33,126 nucleotides of DNA, from positions 1-33,126 of the forward strand of contig JAUCBJ010006948.1 in the NCBI GenBank assembly GCA_032718475.1. Reading direction: 5' to 3'. This DNA is from Nemertoderma westbladi. Lineage: Eukaryota; Animalia; Xenacoelomorpha. Shown piece by piece: positions 10,879-22,724 of this stretch; position 1 is the stretch's first letter; each line of letters opens with the position of its first letter. Under the pieces are notes generated by a model. It did not search any database. It had not been told where the DNA came from and saw only the letters and a program-made list of their open reading frames with translations. The position numbers and the translations under genes were made by a program.

Positions 10879-11679
10879 AGAAACTTTGCAATAATTTACG
10901 TAATATATACAGTATATTATACTTAATATTGTATAAAATAGCATACTAATATTTTATTTACAGTCTATATAAATGTCCTAATTTACTGATTTTTACTAGT
11001 AAGATTTTATTACTCGCTATTAGTTAATGTTCTAAATTTCTTATAATATAAAAAAAATTCTGGAACATACTGTAAGACTTAATGTTCTAGAAAAAATTAA
11101 TATCAAGCCATCAATCTTAATTTACACCAAAATTTGATAATATTTATTTTATTACTTCAACAAATTAAATAAAATATTATCAAATGAACAGTATTGGTGA
11201 AATTTACAACGTTATATATTATTTTAAAGCCTGTTAATTAATATTATTATTGGTTTAATATTTAGTTATTATCAGTTTTTATTATTATATTTTATGCGGA
11301 ATTCAGTGCACGATTAGCAACTTTAGCATCTATTTTATATATACACTGTAGACCCTACAAATATTCGAAATATCGAACTGCAGAAGGTAATAATTAACAC
11401 ACGTCTTTAGAACCGCGGGTCATTGTTTGATCAACTTTGAGAAAACATCAAAGAAATAATAACGCAGCTGTGAGTCTGAGGTGAGGAGAAGAATGTTTAC
11501 TAGATAAAGTTGATTATAATCGTAGCTAAAAATGGTAGTTAACTGTTTATAGTTCGTTTGGTAAAAATTCGTGGAAAATATTTTGTATTCCTTTTCATGT
11601 AACTTTTTACATCAAATCTTCTCGCCCGCAATATGTACCAGTATAGGGATAGAGCCAGATAGTCTCACTTCAGATATAA

Positions 11680-12633
11680 AGGTACTACTTCGCCCTACAA
11701 TTTTTTTAACCAGTAATTTTTTCGTGTTGTTGAGTGATTTGATTTATATTGGTAAATTTTCTAGAATATGCATCGAAATTATTTTTTCTGGTAGCTAGTC
11801 TTTTTTTACTTAGCTAGTATTTTTGAAAATAAAAATATTTTTCACTTTTTAGTGTTCTAGAGTATTAATATCAGTTATGGCCGTAGCTACAGTAGTGTTG
11901 GAACAATGGCTGGATCTTATTTAGGGACACTGCTAAATTTAGATTCAGAAAACTGTACCGATACCGCCAAAAATTGATTAAATTTATTAAAAATAAATAT
12001 AAGCAATAACATCAATATTTTTGGTAGCCTAATAATAACTATTTACATCATTGTGTGCAAAGTACCGGTTTGCACACAATGAGGAACGCTGTTGAGATAA
12101 ACGATGAGAATGAGAATGAGAGAAGAACGCTGTTAAATTGACATAATGTAATGTAATAAATATATATTATTATGTAACCGTTTAATTCTAAAATATAAAT
12201 GTTTTCACAATTTTCTTTTTAATTTCGCAATACTACTGTAGCTCGTAAAAAACACTATCTACCATGAAGAAACAGATATAGGGGGGGGGGGGGGGGAACT
12301 GGACGCAATAAAAATCCATGGGAAATTCGACGCAAATACAGTATCAGCTGATTACTCTCATAAATAAAACTGTAACCTGTTCTCTTGTGTTTAGTTTATT
12401 GTTTTGGTTAAAATAACATGCCACTGTAACCTGCTCCTTTCCCTAAATTGAGAATTTAACATTGAGGCGGGATATGAATTCGCCAAGGCGGGTTTTGCGT
12501 CCAGTCCCCCACACCCCCCCTGTCGCTATACTAATGTTCTAGAACATTCACCAATATAAAAAAAAGTACTAAAAACCACTAAAAAATTACTGGTAAAAAT
12601 GGCAGGTGGTGTCGACAAGGCGAAGTAGAACCA
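11680..12633. mobile_element. Possible degenerate TIR element
   Basis: ggtactacttcgcc...accagtaatttttt on the left matches in reverse aaaaaattactggt...ggcgaagtagaacc on the right; no TSD seen. Confidence 0.4.
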
Positions 12634-13974
12634 CTAAATACTGTAGTTTTCATATAAATCTAAGTAAAGAGTTAATTATTATTAAATGCCAAAAGAATGA
12701 CTGACAACTCTTAGCAGTACAGGAGTATTGTTCTTAGCGACAAACTTACTAAATTATCAAAATGGTCATTGGAAACTTTTTATACAGATAGATCAACAAT
12801 ACAAATCTTAATAAAACAACACGAAATGTTACCAAACTATCTAAAACCTCGAGGAAGAATCCGATGGAGATTGCAATAATATAATACAAAATATTGAGGA
12901 CTACAACGTAGAAGAAACCACCCACCAGCATTCTTACCGAAGTTGCCAAAAACTTAACGAGAAAAAGGAGATCCATTCCCAAGGAAGCGATACGAAATGT
13001 TCCTTTTGGCATGATGAATCGCGGAACTCTGGTCTCAGCATCGTCGCGGAAGAAACCCCGGTGTTCGAGTCGAGAGATCCACGTCATGTAATCGCTCCGG
13101 CTCGGCTCCGGAGGAACTTCGAACACGCGGACGATCTCAGCAAGTTTGTTGAAGATGCAGAACGCCAACTACTGCATTACGGAAAGGCTGGAGACCCGGC
13201 CGCAGCAGGGGGGGAAGGAAGGTTAGGCAAAGGAAGAGACTCTAAAAACAATGTGAACACTACAAATTACTAATAATACGTTAAGTTCGATTTGCTTGCG
13301 AAGTGCTAATTGTCTTTGTTGATTCCATGTGCAAGATATATAAATACACCCTTAAACATGTAAGGGCAGCTAAAAAATATTTATTTCTAAATACGATGAG
13401 AGAGGCAGTGGTGTGGAGTAGTCACTGAGCTCACTAATATATCCACCTTCTTTGGTTACGACCACATTATGTTGAAGCATGGAAACTACAGTATTAAATG
13501 AAAAAAACATATTTTATGGTTAAATCGACTCAATCGAGCAATTTTTTTGACAATTTTGTAAACAGTGGTAAATAAAGTTGCAATTTTTGAAAGAAAACCA
13601 TTAACCATTGTGCACATTCTATGAAGACGGATAAATAATTTATCACTTTGTCCAAAATGTCCCAACTTATTAAATAACTTTTCCCGTAAAAATTTTCACC
13701 GCCTGTCAGCTTATCTTAAAAGTGACTTGATCAGGTACAGTAATGGAGGACTGTGGGATTACGTTAAGAAATACGGAAGAACAATTTCTGTGGTCTAATT
13801 TTATATGCTGATTCTCGTTTATATTTATATTCTGATTCCAAATATCGTAGGACTTTTATATTTACATAGACAAACTTCTAAAAATTATCAGCAGTGAGTA
13901 GTTAAATGGTTAGATTGTATTTAGTATTTTTCATTGGTTTCTATAAAGATTCGACGATCAGTTATTCTCTATAC

Positions 13975-14558
13975 TGTGAGCGGATTCAATTCCGCCTCAT
14001 TACCCCCCATAAAGTGGGAAGTGGCGCCTTTTCAGCAATATTGGGGGATACGAGGTTAATCACAAATTAATCTCGTATCACCCCCAATAACGGGGACAAC
14101 ACACAGCCCCAAAGAGCCACACAAAAGAGGTTAGAGGTCAAGCTACCTCGAGAGGGAAAGTAACAGCAGCAGGGGGAAATACTCCCACAGAGGTAGGAGC
14201 CGAGAATTAGGTTGTTAGCCACTGAGGGGCGAGGAAGAGCATCCGCTAGGTAGTAAGGCCACAGTAGCGTAGGGGTGAATATATATTACCAGTTAACTAC
14301 ATTACCGGTCAGTTTACTCAGTCATCAAGTGCAGATTGGTGACATTTCGTACCGTCACCAACATCACCATCATTACCGGTAAAACATTCTCATATTCATA
14401 TATTCCTCTTACTGCTGTGTATCCATTCAACTGTGCTATCATATTTTATACCATACCGCCTATATCAATATCAGAACAACAACAAACTATTATATTTTCT
14501 CAATTACACGGTGACGCGTAACGCAATAAACCGGTCGGGATCCCCTGATCCCGTCACA
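13975..14558 (+). mobile_element. Solo LTR, 584 bp
   Basis: Termini TGTGAGCGGA...TCCCGTCACA; perfect 5-bp TSD TATAC (13970-13974 and 14559-14563); TATA-like tatata near 14280 and AATAAA at 14525 give the + orientation. Confidence 0.85.
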
Positions 14559-15181
14559 TATACAGTAGTTACAACTGTTTTCTGCATCGGGTACGGGTAG
14601 CCTATCGTCTACAAGATTTTCAAAAAATATTGGTAGTCTCAAAGGTTGGAAAACAAAAATGTTCCGTCTTTTAATAATACTAATAACAACTAAACTCACA
14701 AGTCTTACCAATTCGAAGGTAGAGTTTAATTCTAGAAGTATGTTAGCATACCCAAGATAAAACGGAAAGCCCCTCTATCATGTTTTACAGTTCACTTATC
14801 AGATATTACACTCAACTTGTGAATGATAAACAGTATTATTTATACAATGGTATCACTTCTAAGTATGCTATATCTACTACTGTATAAATTGGCCTTATTA
14901 CAAGACTTTGAACCTTACAGATATTAAAACGCTAATTATAATTAAATCAAGCCAATTAGTTAATACTATTTAAACCAACACCGACTTTCAACCTTCTATT
15001 TAATTAAAGTGAATGGAAAAGGCTCATCACTTTCATATACTTACCACTTACACTGTATATTTAAGGAACTATAAAGTACTATATTAAATATTGAATATAA
15101 TATACAATATTATACTGTACACAATGAACAATATGTTGTAATAGGTAGGCCTGTTACTGTAGTTCCTATACCGTAACTACA

Positions 15182-16303
15182 ATGTCGAAAGAACCTCCCG
15201 CCTTGATAATAATTATCATTGCGATTACATTTTTTACGTGCTAATCCACAACCGGCGTGATAATAAAATGTGAGAGGGATATAGTAAAGTCCGTGAGTAT
15301 ACTAGAAAATCAATGCATTTTAAAAGAAGAGCCCAACAAAATACTCCAGTGTAATTTTAAGCTGTTGTGCCAAGAAGCAATATTAGGGTCTTGTTTATCA
15401 ATCGCGTCTGAATTAAAGTTACTGGTCGAAAAAAAGGTGATCGCCACATACGATGTGTATACTACGCAACAATGTCCGGATGAGATCGTAAAAGACTACA
15501 AGTTCACGATCATTCAAAAAGCCTCATCAAATGAAAATAATAACTTTAATTTAAAAATAAACAATAGCACAGTACTAGACCCGATGAGTGGCTACCCAAA
15601 CAATTATACTTGCCAGTTCGTGAAATACAGTCCCATTATACAGTCGGAAGGGAGATTACCTGTATGTAACATCATGCAAGCAGTTGCACAGACAACTTCC
15701 TCTGCAGAGTCAACAGTATCGATGGGAAAGGTGAACACTACAGCATTTATAGGGCTTCTACCAGTTGAATCTTCGGGTGATATAACGAAAATAGCCATGA
15801 TGATAGGTGGTGGGCTGATCGCATTGCTAATTGTTGTACTGATTATATTAGTTTCAGTTTTAATAATCAGAAAGAAATCGGAAAGACTGGAGAACGAAGA
15901 AAAAGAAGCAGAACCGCAGGCAGAGGATAATGCGGTTAGCTATTATGACGGAGGGAATTACGTAACAATACCGAATGTATGTGATAATAGGTTGTTAGCC
16001 AATGAGGACGCGAGGGCCACCTATTACACTAGCAGACAGCCGGATATAGTACCGAGAGATGATGAGGACAGTGTAGGGACTTACGTACATATGCACGGAG
16101 CGATAGACCAGGGGGACTTGGAAGAGTCTTACTCTTACATTCCGATGCATCCAATTAAAGTTGAGCGGGGAGAGAGACCGGTGCCGAGTCCACGCGCTCA
16201 GCATCGAGAGGTACCTGGGATAATCCCAACTCCCCAACCAAGGTCCGGAGCTCCGGCCCTCCTTACTGTGCCTACACCGATGCCTCGCAGTCATCACGTC
16301 TGA
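15182..16303 (+). pseudogene. Intronless type I transmembrane receptor-like gene (~373 aa) with a nonsense codon in the signal peptide
   Basis: ATG 15182 reads MSKEPPALIIIIIAITFFTC*STTGVIIKC..., in frame with track ORF 15257-16303; TAA at 15242-15244. Eight-Cys ectodomain with N-glycosylation sequons (NNS, NYT, NTT), TM at 15791-15868 followed by RKK, and a tail with YVTI, YVHM, YIPM and three PxPxPR motifs. Confidence 0.75.
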
Positions 16304-17448
16304 CAATCCTGCAACCTCACGACAACAAGCTATCGATAAGACTTTGTTCATTGTATGAGATATTATTGGTTATCGAGCGGGGGTCGCCAAATCAACATTT
16401 TTTTACAATTAGTTGCCAAAATGTTATATATAAACTATAAAGTATGGTGAGGTACTGTAATTTGACTCATTTAATTCCAATGTAATTAATGATGTTTAAT
16501 GTAATCAAATAAATATTAATATATAAATAAGGACGAAGGATGCCAATTGTGATGGTTGAGATTATAGTGGACCATAACCCTAAGTATGGACGAACAGGGC
16601 CAACAAGTTAGGATATAATAATTTGTCGCTTCGTAAAATTGTCAGCTTTCGTATAAGACGTATAAGTATTCGCTTGGGCTGAGTTGGAACGAGGGAGGTT
16701 GTATTGCCAAAGAACTTCATAAAATTATAAGGTGTCGCAGTTCAAAACATTAGACCATCACTTTGGCAAGCAAAATCGCCAGAAGCTACCCCTGTAGCTG
16801 TAGCAGCCACCCGCCAGGGAGCGCTAAATGTATCTAAACATTCTAGTAATAAGATTATTGAGACAAAATAAGACATTAAAAGTGGTCCTCACTTTTACAC
16901 AAAAACATCGATTCTACTACTTGCGAGTTCTTTAAAACTATAATCTTCCGGTTATTAAAAGTAATTTAGTACAATTCAAATTATTTCAAATTAGTATAAC
17001 TCAAATTATAGAGTGGCGTCCCAAACGCTAATTAAATATTAAAATGTTGTCCCGTTTACTTAGGGTTTATCTTAATGCAATTGCAATGTCTATTCACTAG
17101 TAGGCAGGTTGTTCCGTATCATACAGCCATATGATGATAAAACACCTCGAGTAACTTGGTAAAATTGGAATTTTGAATTTCGCGCCTTTTTTCCTTTTTT
17201 CGCGCCTTCTTTTTTCGCGCTAATAGTAAAAACCATACGTCAAGAGATACAAATTTCAATAAAACCGTGAGCGTTTTCTTATGCGATAACAAAAAACCGC
17301 AAGTCAAAAGTCACATATTTCAATAAAACCGTATATGTGCGTTTTCTTATTATCCATGCAATGACAAAACCCCGTAAGTCTTGTTGACTTCGGTTTTTGT
17401 ACCGTCTTTTTTATTGCACTTACAATCTTTTACCTTTGTAACACTATC

Positions 17449-19305
17449 TAGGGATGACTAAAATTTCATCCGGAGCCGGAGGTTACTCCGGGTAACGATA
17501 TGGGCTCCGGCCGGAGACGGAACCGGAGATTTAGGGATTGATAATTCCAATGTATTATTATGTAGACATAGAAAGATTAGAAAGATATGAGACCGGGGTG
17601 TTGCCGGTGGATGAGAAGGGGGGGGGGGGGGGGGGGGGGGGGTGATTTGACGGAGATTCTTTCTCTGAGAATTACTATATCGCCTCATTGTTAAATTATT
17701 AATTAAGGGAAAATCCATGTTTACAGTGGCATGTTTGTTTTTCTAACCAAAACAATAAACTAAATTCAATAGAAACAGGTTACAGTTTTATGTTTCGGGG
17801 TAATCAGCTGTTATTTGCGTCAATTTTCCGCTGGAGAAGGATGAATTTTGATTGCATCAAAAACCCCCCTATTTGGTGTTCATTGGGCTAAAATATACTC
17901 GAATGTTTTAGACTTCTCAGTTGATCCCCCCCCCCCCCCCCCCCCCCATTATGTCTAAATGACATTAGGTCCTGCATCATAAGTACTGCATCGTTAGGTC
18001 ACTAAGTCGCCGCACTTATCGAAATATTTCGTGGTTCTAATGGAGAAACATAATGGCTTCTGTACAATGATTCAGCACCCAATGACTATCTGTGACGAAG
18101 CCAAAAAGTTTATTAGGGGGGTGGGGGATAAAAGAGAGCAATTCTTGAATTATTTTATAAATAGCATGATGTAAATAAAATAGTTCTAGAATTATAAGTA
18201 CTTAAACTGATTATATTATTAGAGAAATGCAACAAACTAATTGAATACTTTCATTGTTGAAGGGGGGTGGATGTTGTCAGGTAACTTACGAAAAAACAAG
18301 CTGTAACCAATTAGTATCCCCCCAAACTTGATTATGTTAACTACAATGATACTTAATTATATATACAGAAAAACTTATTTTTTAATACAAAAAAAATTAC
18401 AACTTTTTTTCACTATTCTCGAGGCATTTTATTTACCGAGCGGCAGCGGGGTTAATAGGGGTCGAGAGAATATTGAAAAAAAAAGTTCCACGTTTTTTTC
18501 CCATGTAATACGTAATTTTATTTTTAAATTGGTACTTTTTTTGTTGCTAAATTCTGTAATTAAAATAAAATCTAGTGTTACATAGCGATATAGTGTTACA
18601 AAATAAATTGAACTGTAGTATTTTACTAATAATGCGACCATAGTTACTGCGATTCTAATTACTGTACTCTTCAACTCTCGATGCTGCCTTACTCAATGTT
18701 ACAATAATTTAATGTTCTCGAATATTTATTACGTAACTATAGAGAGCCGCTTAACAAGATAAACCAATATTGGATATTGAGTTCCGTTTTGGAGTTCGTC
18801 TTTCACACACTAAAGTTGCAATAACTTTTGAGTGTATGCATGGATTTTGCTCAAATGACTTGCAAAAAATGCAAACCTTTACTACTTCGATGCTCTTTCA
18901 ACACATGTAATAAAATTTAAGAAATTCTACCAAAAATAGTTATTTTACTTTTTCGCCGGGAAAAAAAGAACAACCAATGCAATCCTATTGATTAATTTCT
19001 CCCGATTTTGAGAATATTCGAGCGACAAAGAAACAATTTAAGAATAAAACCTATTTTTCGATAATGCTCTCCATAGCGAAAAATATCAACCGACTATGGA
19101 TTCGCTATGGAGAGCGTTATCATATTGTCCTATTACATTATATATTTAATTCACCGTCACTAACCCCACAACAATTCCCTTATTATTATTATTGTAATTC
19201 GAACACTATATAAAGCTCCGGATTGGCTCCGGATTAATTTGCCCGGAGCCAAAGCCAGAAAATTGACCCAGAGCTTCGGATTTCCGGAGCTCCGTACCAT
19301 CCCTA
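17449..19305. mobile_element. Non-autonomous hAT element, ~1.86 kb
   Basis: TAGGGATG (17449) / CATCCCTA (19305) termini, ccggagc subterminal repeats at both ends, degenerate 8-bp TSD acactatc / cactatac. Confidence 0.75.
19060..19121. repeat. 21-bp-arm hairpin inside the hAT element
   Basis: gataatgctctccatagcgaa / ttcgctatggagagcgttatc, one mismatch. Confidence 0.8.
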
Positions 19306-22004
19306 CACTATACATATGTTGTGACTTACGGCCTTTGACATTGAATATCTCGAGAACTAGAGCAGATACGGTGTTCTCGATTATACCATTAGATAGAGCG
19401 CATTATTTAGACCCAGAAAAAAAAACAGAAAAAGCATTTTTGGAAAAATGGAATCTTTTGACATTGCTCGGTAGAATTGTGAAATAGTTATAGTGCGTTC
19501 GAATGACATCATCATGGACATACATCATAATCGTATGGCGTAGGGACGGGACATACCGCATGTCGCACTGCGATATAAAGTTGGAAGATGTGACGCCCTG
19601 GCGATTTGGTAGTGCGAAATTAATTCACAAATTAATAAAAAATATTTGTGGGGGGGGGGGGGGGGGGGAGTTGACCAATTCAGAAAAAAATAGATTTTTC
19701 ATTTTCAATCCCTCCCTGGTGCAGATTTTTATGATGAATTTAAAACTTCAAACCGTTTGTTAATAGCTAAATGTAGTTCAAAAGTTATAAGTGATAATGT
19801 TAACCTTACTCTGTATAAATTTAAATTTATGTGAAAACTGACTGTCTAGGATTGTGTTTGTGACGGATTGTCTGTCACAATATAACAAAACCATTCTTTC
19901 TAGCTAAAGTTTTCCTGGTCGTTGATTTCATTTCAAACGTCAGTTTTACTTTTAACGAAAACTATTATGTCTCTATTTCTATATGTCAGTCGTCTGTCTG
20001 CCTGACGATCTGTCTGTCAAAATATAAAGACATCATACCACCTAGCTCAAACATTTTTGTTTTGGTTTTTTTTGGTCGCTCATTTCATTTCCTAAGTCAG
20101 TTTTCATTTTTAGCGAAGTCTATTATGTCTGCTTGTCGGTCTGTCTGTATGTCCGTCTGTCTATTAAATTAAAAGTCGAAAAAAAAGAAAAGAAGTCAAA
20201 GAAAGCATTCCAACTAGATATTTGTTATAGCTGAAATATTTAAAAAATTATTTAAATTTTCTTGGTGAAAAATGGCAGAATCTGACAAAATTATGAGAAA
20301 AAATTGGTTTTTTAAAATAATTTTTGAACAGAAGCCTTTATCAAAATTCTGGAGATAGGATCGATTCACGAAGTCATTGTGCACAAATGATGAAATTTTG
20401 GGCACTTGATGACCATCCCTCTAAAAGCCTTTGCATTTTAAAAATAATTGCATAAATTATGTTAATTAGGTTAAATATTAAAAACTTCTAAAAAATTTTT
20501 TTTGAAATTTTTTCCTATAAGAGATCTGGCCCATAGAGTCTCCATAATGATAGAATTTATTGGTCAGAACGAATTGTTATTAGTAAACCGACTTATTAAG
20601 ATTTTTTATTCATTTTCATTCATATTTTTCATTCGGATAATTTATTCAACATTGATACATTTTGGAGGCACTTTAGCAGCTTGGAATAAAGTGCGGCAAA
20701 ATATGTCATATCGGTGATGAATAAATTAACGAACCAAAATAGTAAATGTATTCAGTCGAAAACACCGTGGAATTAAATAATCGTGAACTATTTACATTAT
20801 GTATAATTACTACAAAACAATTGAAATTTCCAATATTATATTTATTAAAAGGTATTCTAGAACAGTAAAAAAATAATACCAATACCACCATGGCCGTAAA
20901 ATATAAAAATGATAAATTCGAAATTCATATATAAATTAATAAAGTTATTGGATTGTGGGGCGAGCCACGAAGTGAGTGAGCCTTAGCGTAGTGGTACCAT
21001 TAATCAACCTGTCGTTCTGTCGTGTTCAATTTTAAACGTTAATAACTCGGCCAATCTTTGATGAAATCTATCCAAACTTGGTACACATGTTGTTTGGCAA
21101 AAGTTTAGAAATTTTCCAAGTAGAATTTCCGTGTGGCCTTCGAGAAGCTAAGATAATAGCAGTTAATTAGTTAATTAAGTTGATTACGGTAAAAACACCA
21201 TTTTCAACCTGCCTTTTAAAGGAAATTAATTGTTTTACAGTATAAGATTTAAATAATTATACTTAAAAATTATACAGATGTAATCCACATACGCCATTCT
21301 ATTATAGTTTTTAATTAGTTCAAGTGATTTGCTTTAATAATTGTGTCTTTAATTGATCTAAAGTAATTAAAACGTCATAAAAAATTGATTCTCATTAAAT
21401 ACTGCTCATTTATTGGCTAACATGCTGGTACGATGGAAGGATGTGTGTGTAAAGCAGCTGGTTGCTGGGAATGATTATTGGTCAAGTCTCTGCTGGTGTG
21501 GAGCTAGCTGGCTTGGAGTTGTGGCTGTAGACTAACCAGAGAGGAATTGTACTGTAATAGGCAAACAGTATTGCTATTCCAGCCCAGACATCATTCTTGA
21601 AATCCAACATCCCAACATCCTTCCTGTATTGACTTTACTATAAGTGTTGTATTGCTATCTCAGGTAAATGACAGATATAATAACATAAATACCATCCATG
21701 GCATGGCTGTTGTAGGCTTCTGAAATAGTTTATTCCACAATGTATATGTCTGGTTATTTTTTAATTGAATTTTTGCAAAGTAGTAAAATTAATGTTCTTA
21801 AAAATAATATTATTATTTTATATGTAACCTAGGAAATTAGCTACATTTTTTCGCTGCAGCTTTAAGAGTGTACATTGATTTAATATTATTTCAATACCCA
21901 TATTACTACATCGGCATACGATGCGTTGGGGTTGTATCACACATCTCCACATAGATGTATCAACAGTTAATCGCACAGTTTCGAAACTTCGCATAGTTAT
22001 AACT

Positions 22005-22297
22005 GTATAAAGATCGTCAGTCTGCGTTTAGGAAAAATATTTTATGACAAAACAGGACAAGTGACGAGCGCAACGAGGCATATAATGAAGACGAGTACTG
22101 CGTTGACTAAATTATTATATAAACCACCTGGCTTCACATATTGATTGCATCCCTAGTTATTATTATTATAAAGATCGTCCTAGCCTGCGTTTAAGAAATA
22201 TATTTAAATACAAAACAGGACGAACGCAAAGAGGCTTATAATGAAAACGAGTACTGCGTTTATTATATTCCTATAAACCGCCTGGCTTTGCATATTT
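22005..22297 (-). repeat. Two tandem ~160-bp units, inverted relative to 10345-10563
   Basis: tataaagatcgtc...ctgcgttta...acaaaacaggac...gagtactgcgtt...tataaacc(a/g)cctggctt occurs twice. Confidence 0.75.
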
Positions 22298-22724
22298 AAC
22301 GTGAGATTGGAAATAAGTTCGTGCTACCCTTCCGTGGGTGGTAGATGTCCCGGTTATGTATTGGTGGGTGGGAAGGGAGGGGGGGGGGGGGGGGGTGCAG
22401 ATTAAAAGGGGTGAACACGTACTGTCTCCCTTTCTTTGATTGATTGGTGGTGTGGGTAAATTTCTCAAAACCTGATTTTGTGATACAGTCGCTCAATTTT
22501 AATTTGTATCTAATAACTGGGCCTCGTGCTGCGCGAAGGCCCCACGAACGTGTACTTTTACTGTAAACACAATGCTTTCCTTATTAAGTAGAAATGTAAA
22601 TATTGCGCGTCTGAGTCGGAACTATAAGATGTCGGGAATGAAAGAATATAAAAAGAAACCGGAGGTTAAAAACAAAATAAAATGGCATCGTCAATAAACA
22701 ACATTTATATTGGAATGTAATTAA

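Noticed and set aside
14126-14156. AGAGGTTAGAGG resemblance to a flavivirus 3' UTR motif or a ribozyme core
   Set aside because: Only 12 nt; no complete hammerhead, twister or HDV core was found, and the region is explained as a solo LTR.
1491-15244. TAA=Gln alternative code suggested by in-frame TAAs in two or three ORFs
   Set aside because: KATNIP (~1444 codons) and the long open parts of both ORFs contain no in-frame TAA/TAG despite many Gln codons, and KATNIP ends at TAA.
9871-22155. Pairing TAGGGATG (9871) with CATCCCTA (22148) as a 12-kb hAT element
   Set aside because: No TSD, no subterminal ccgga repeats at 22148, and that motif lies inside an unrelated tandem unit.
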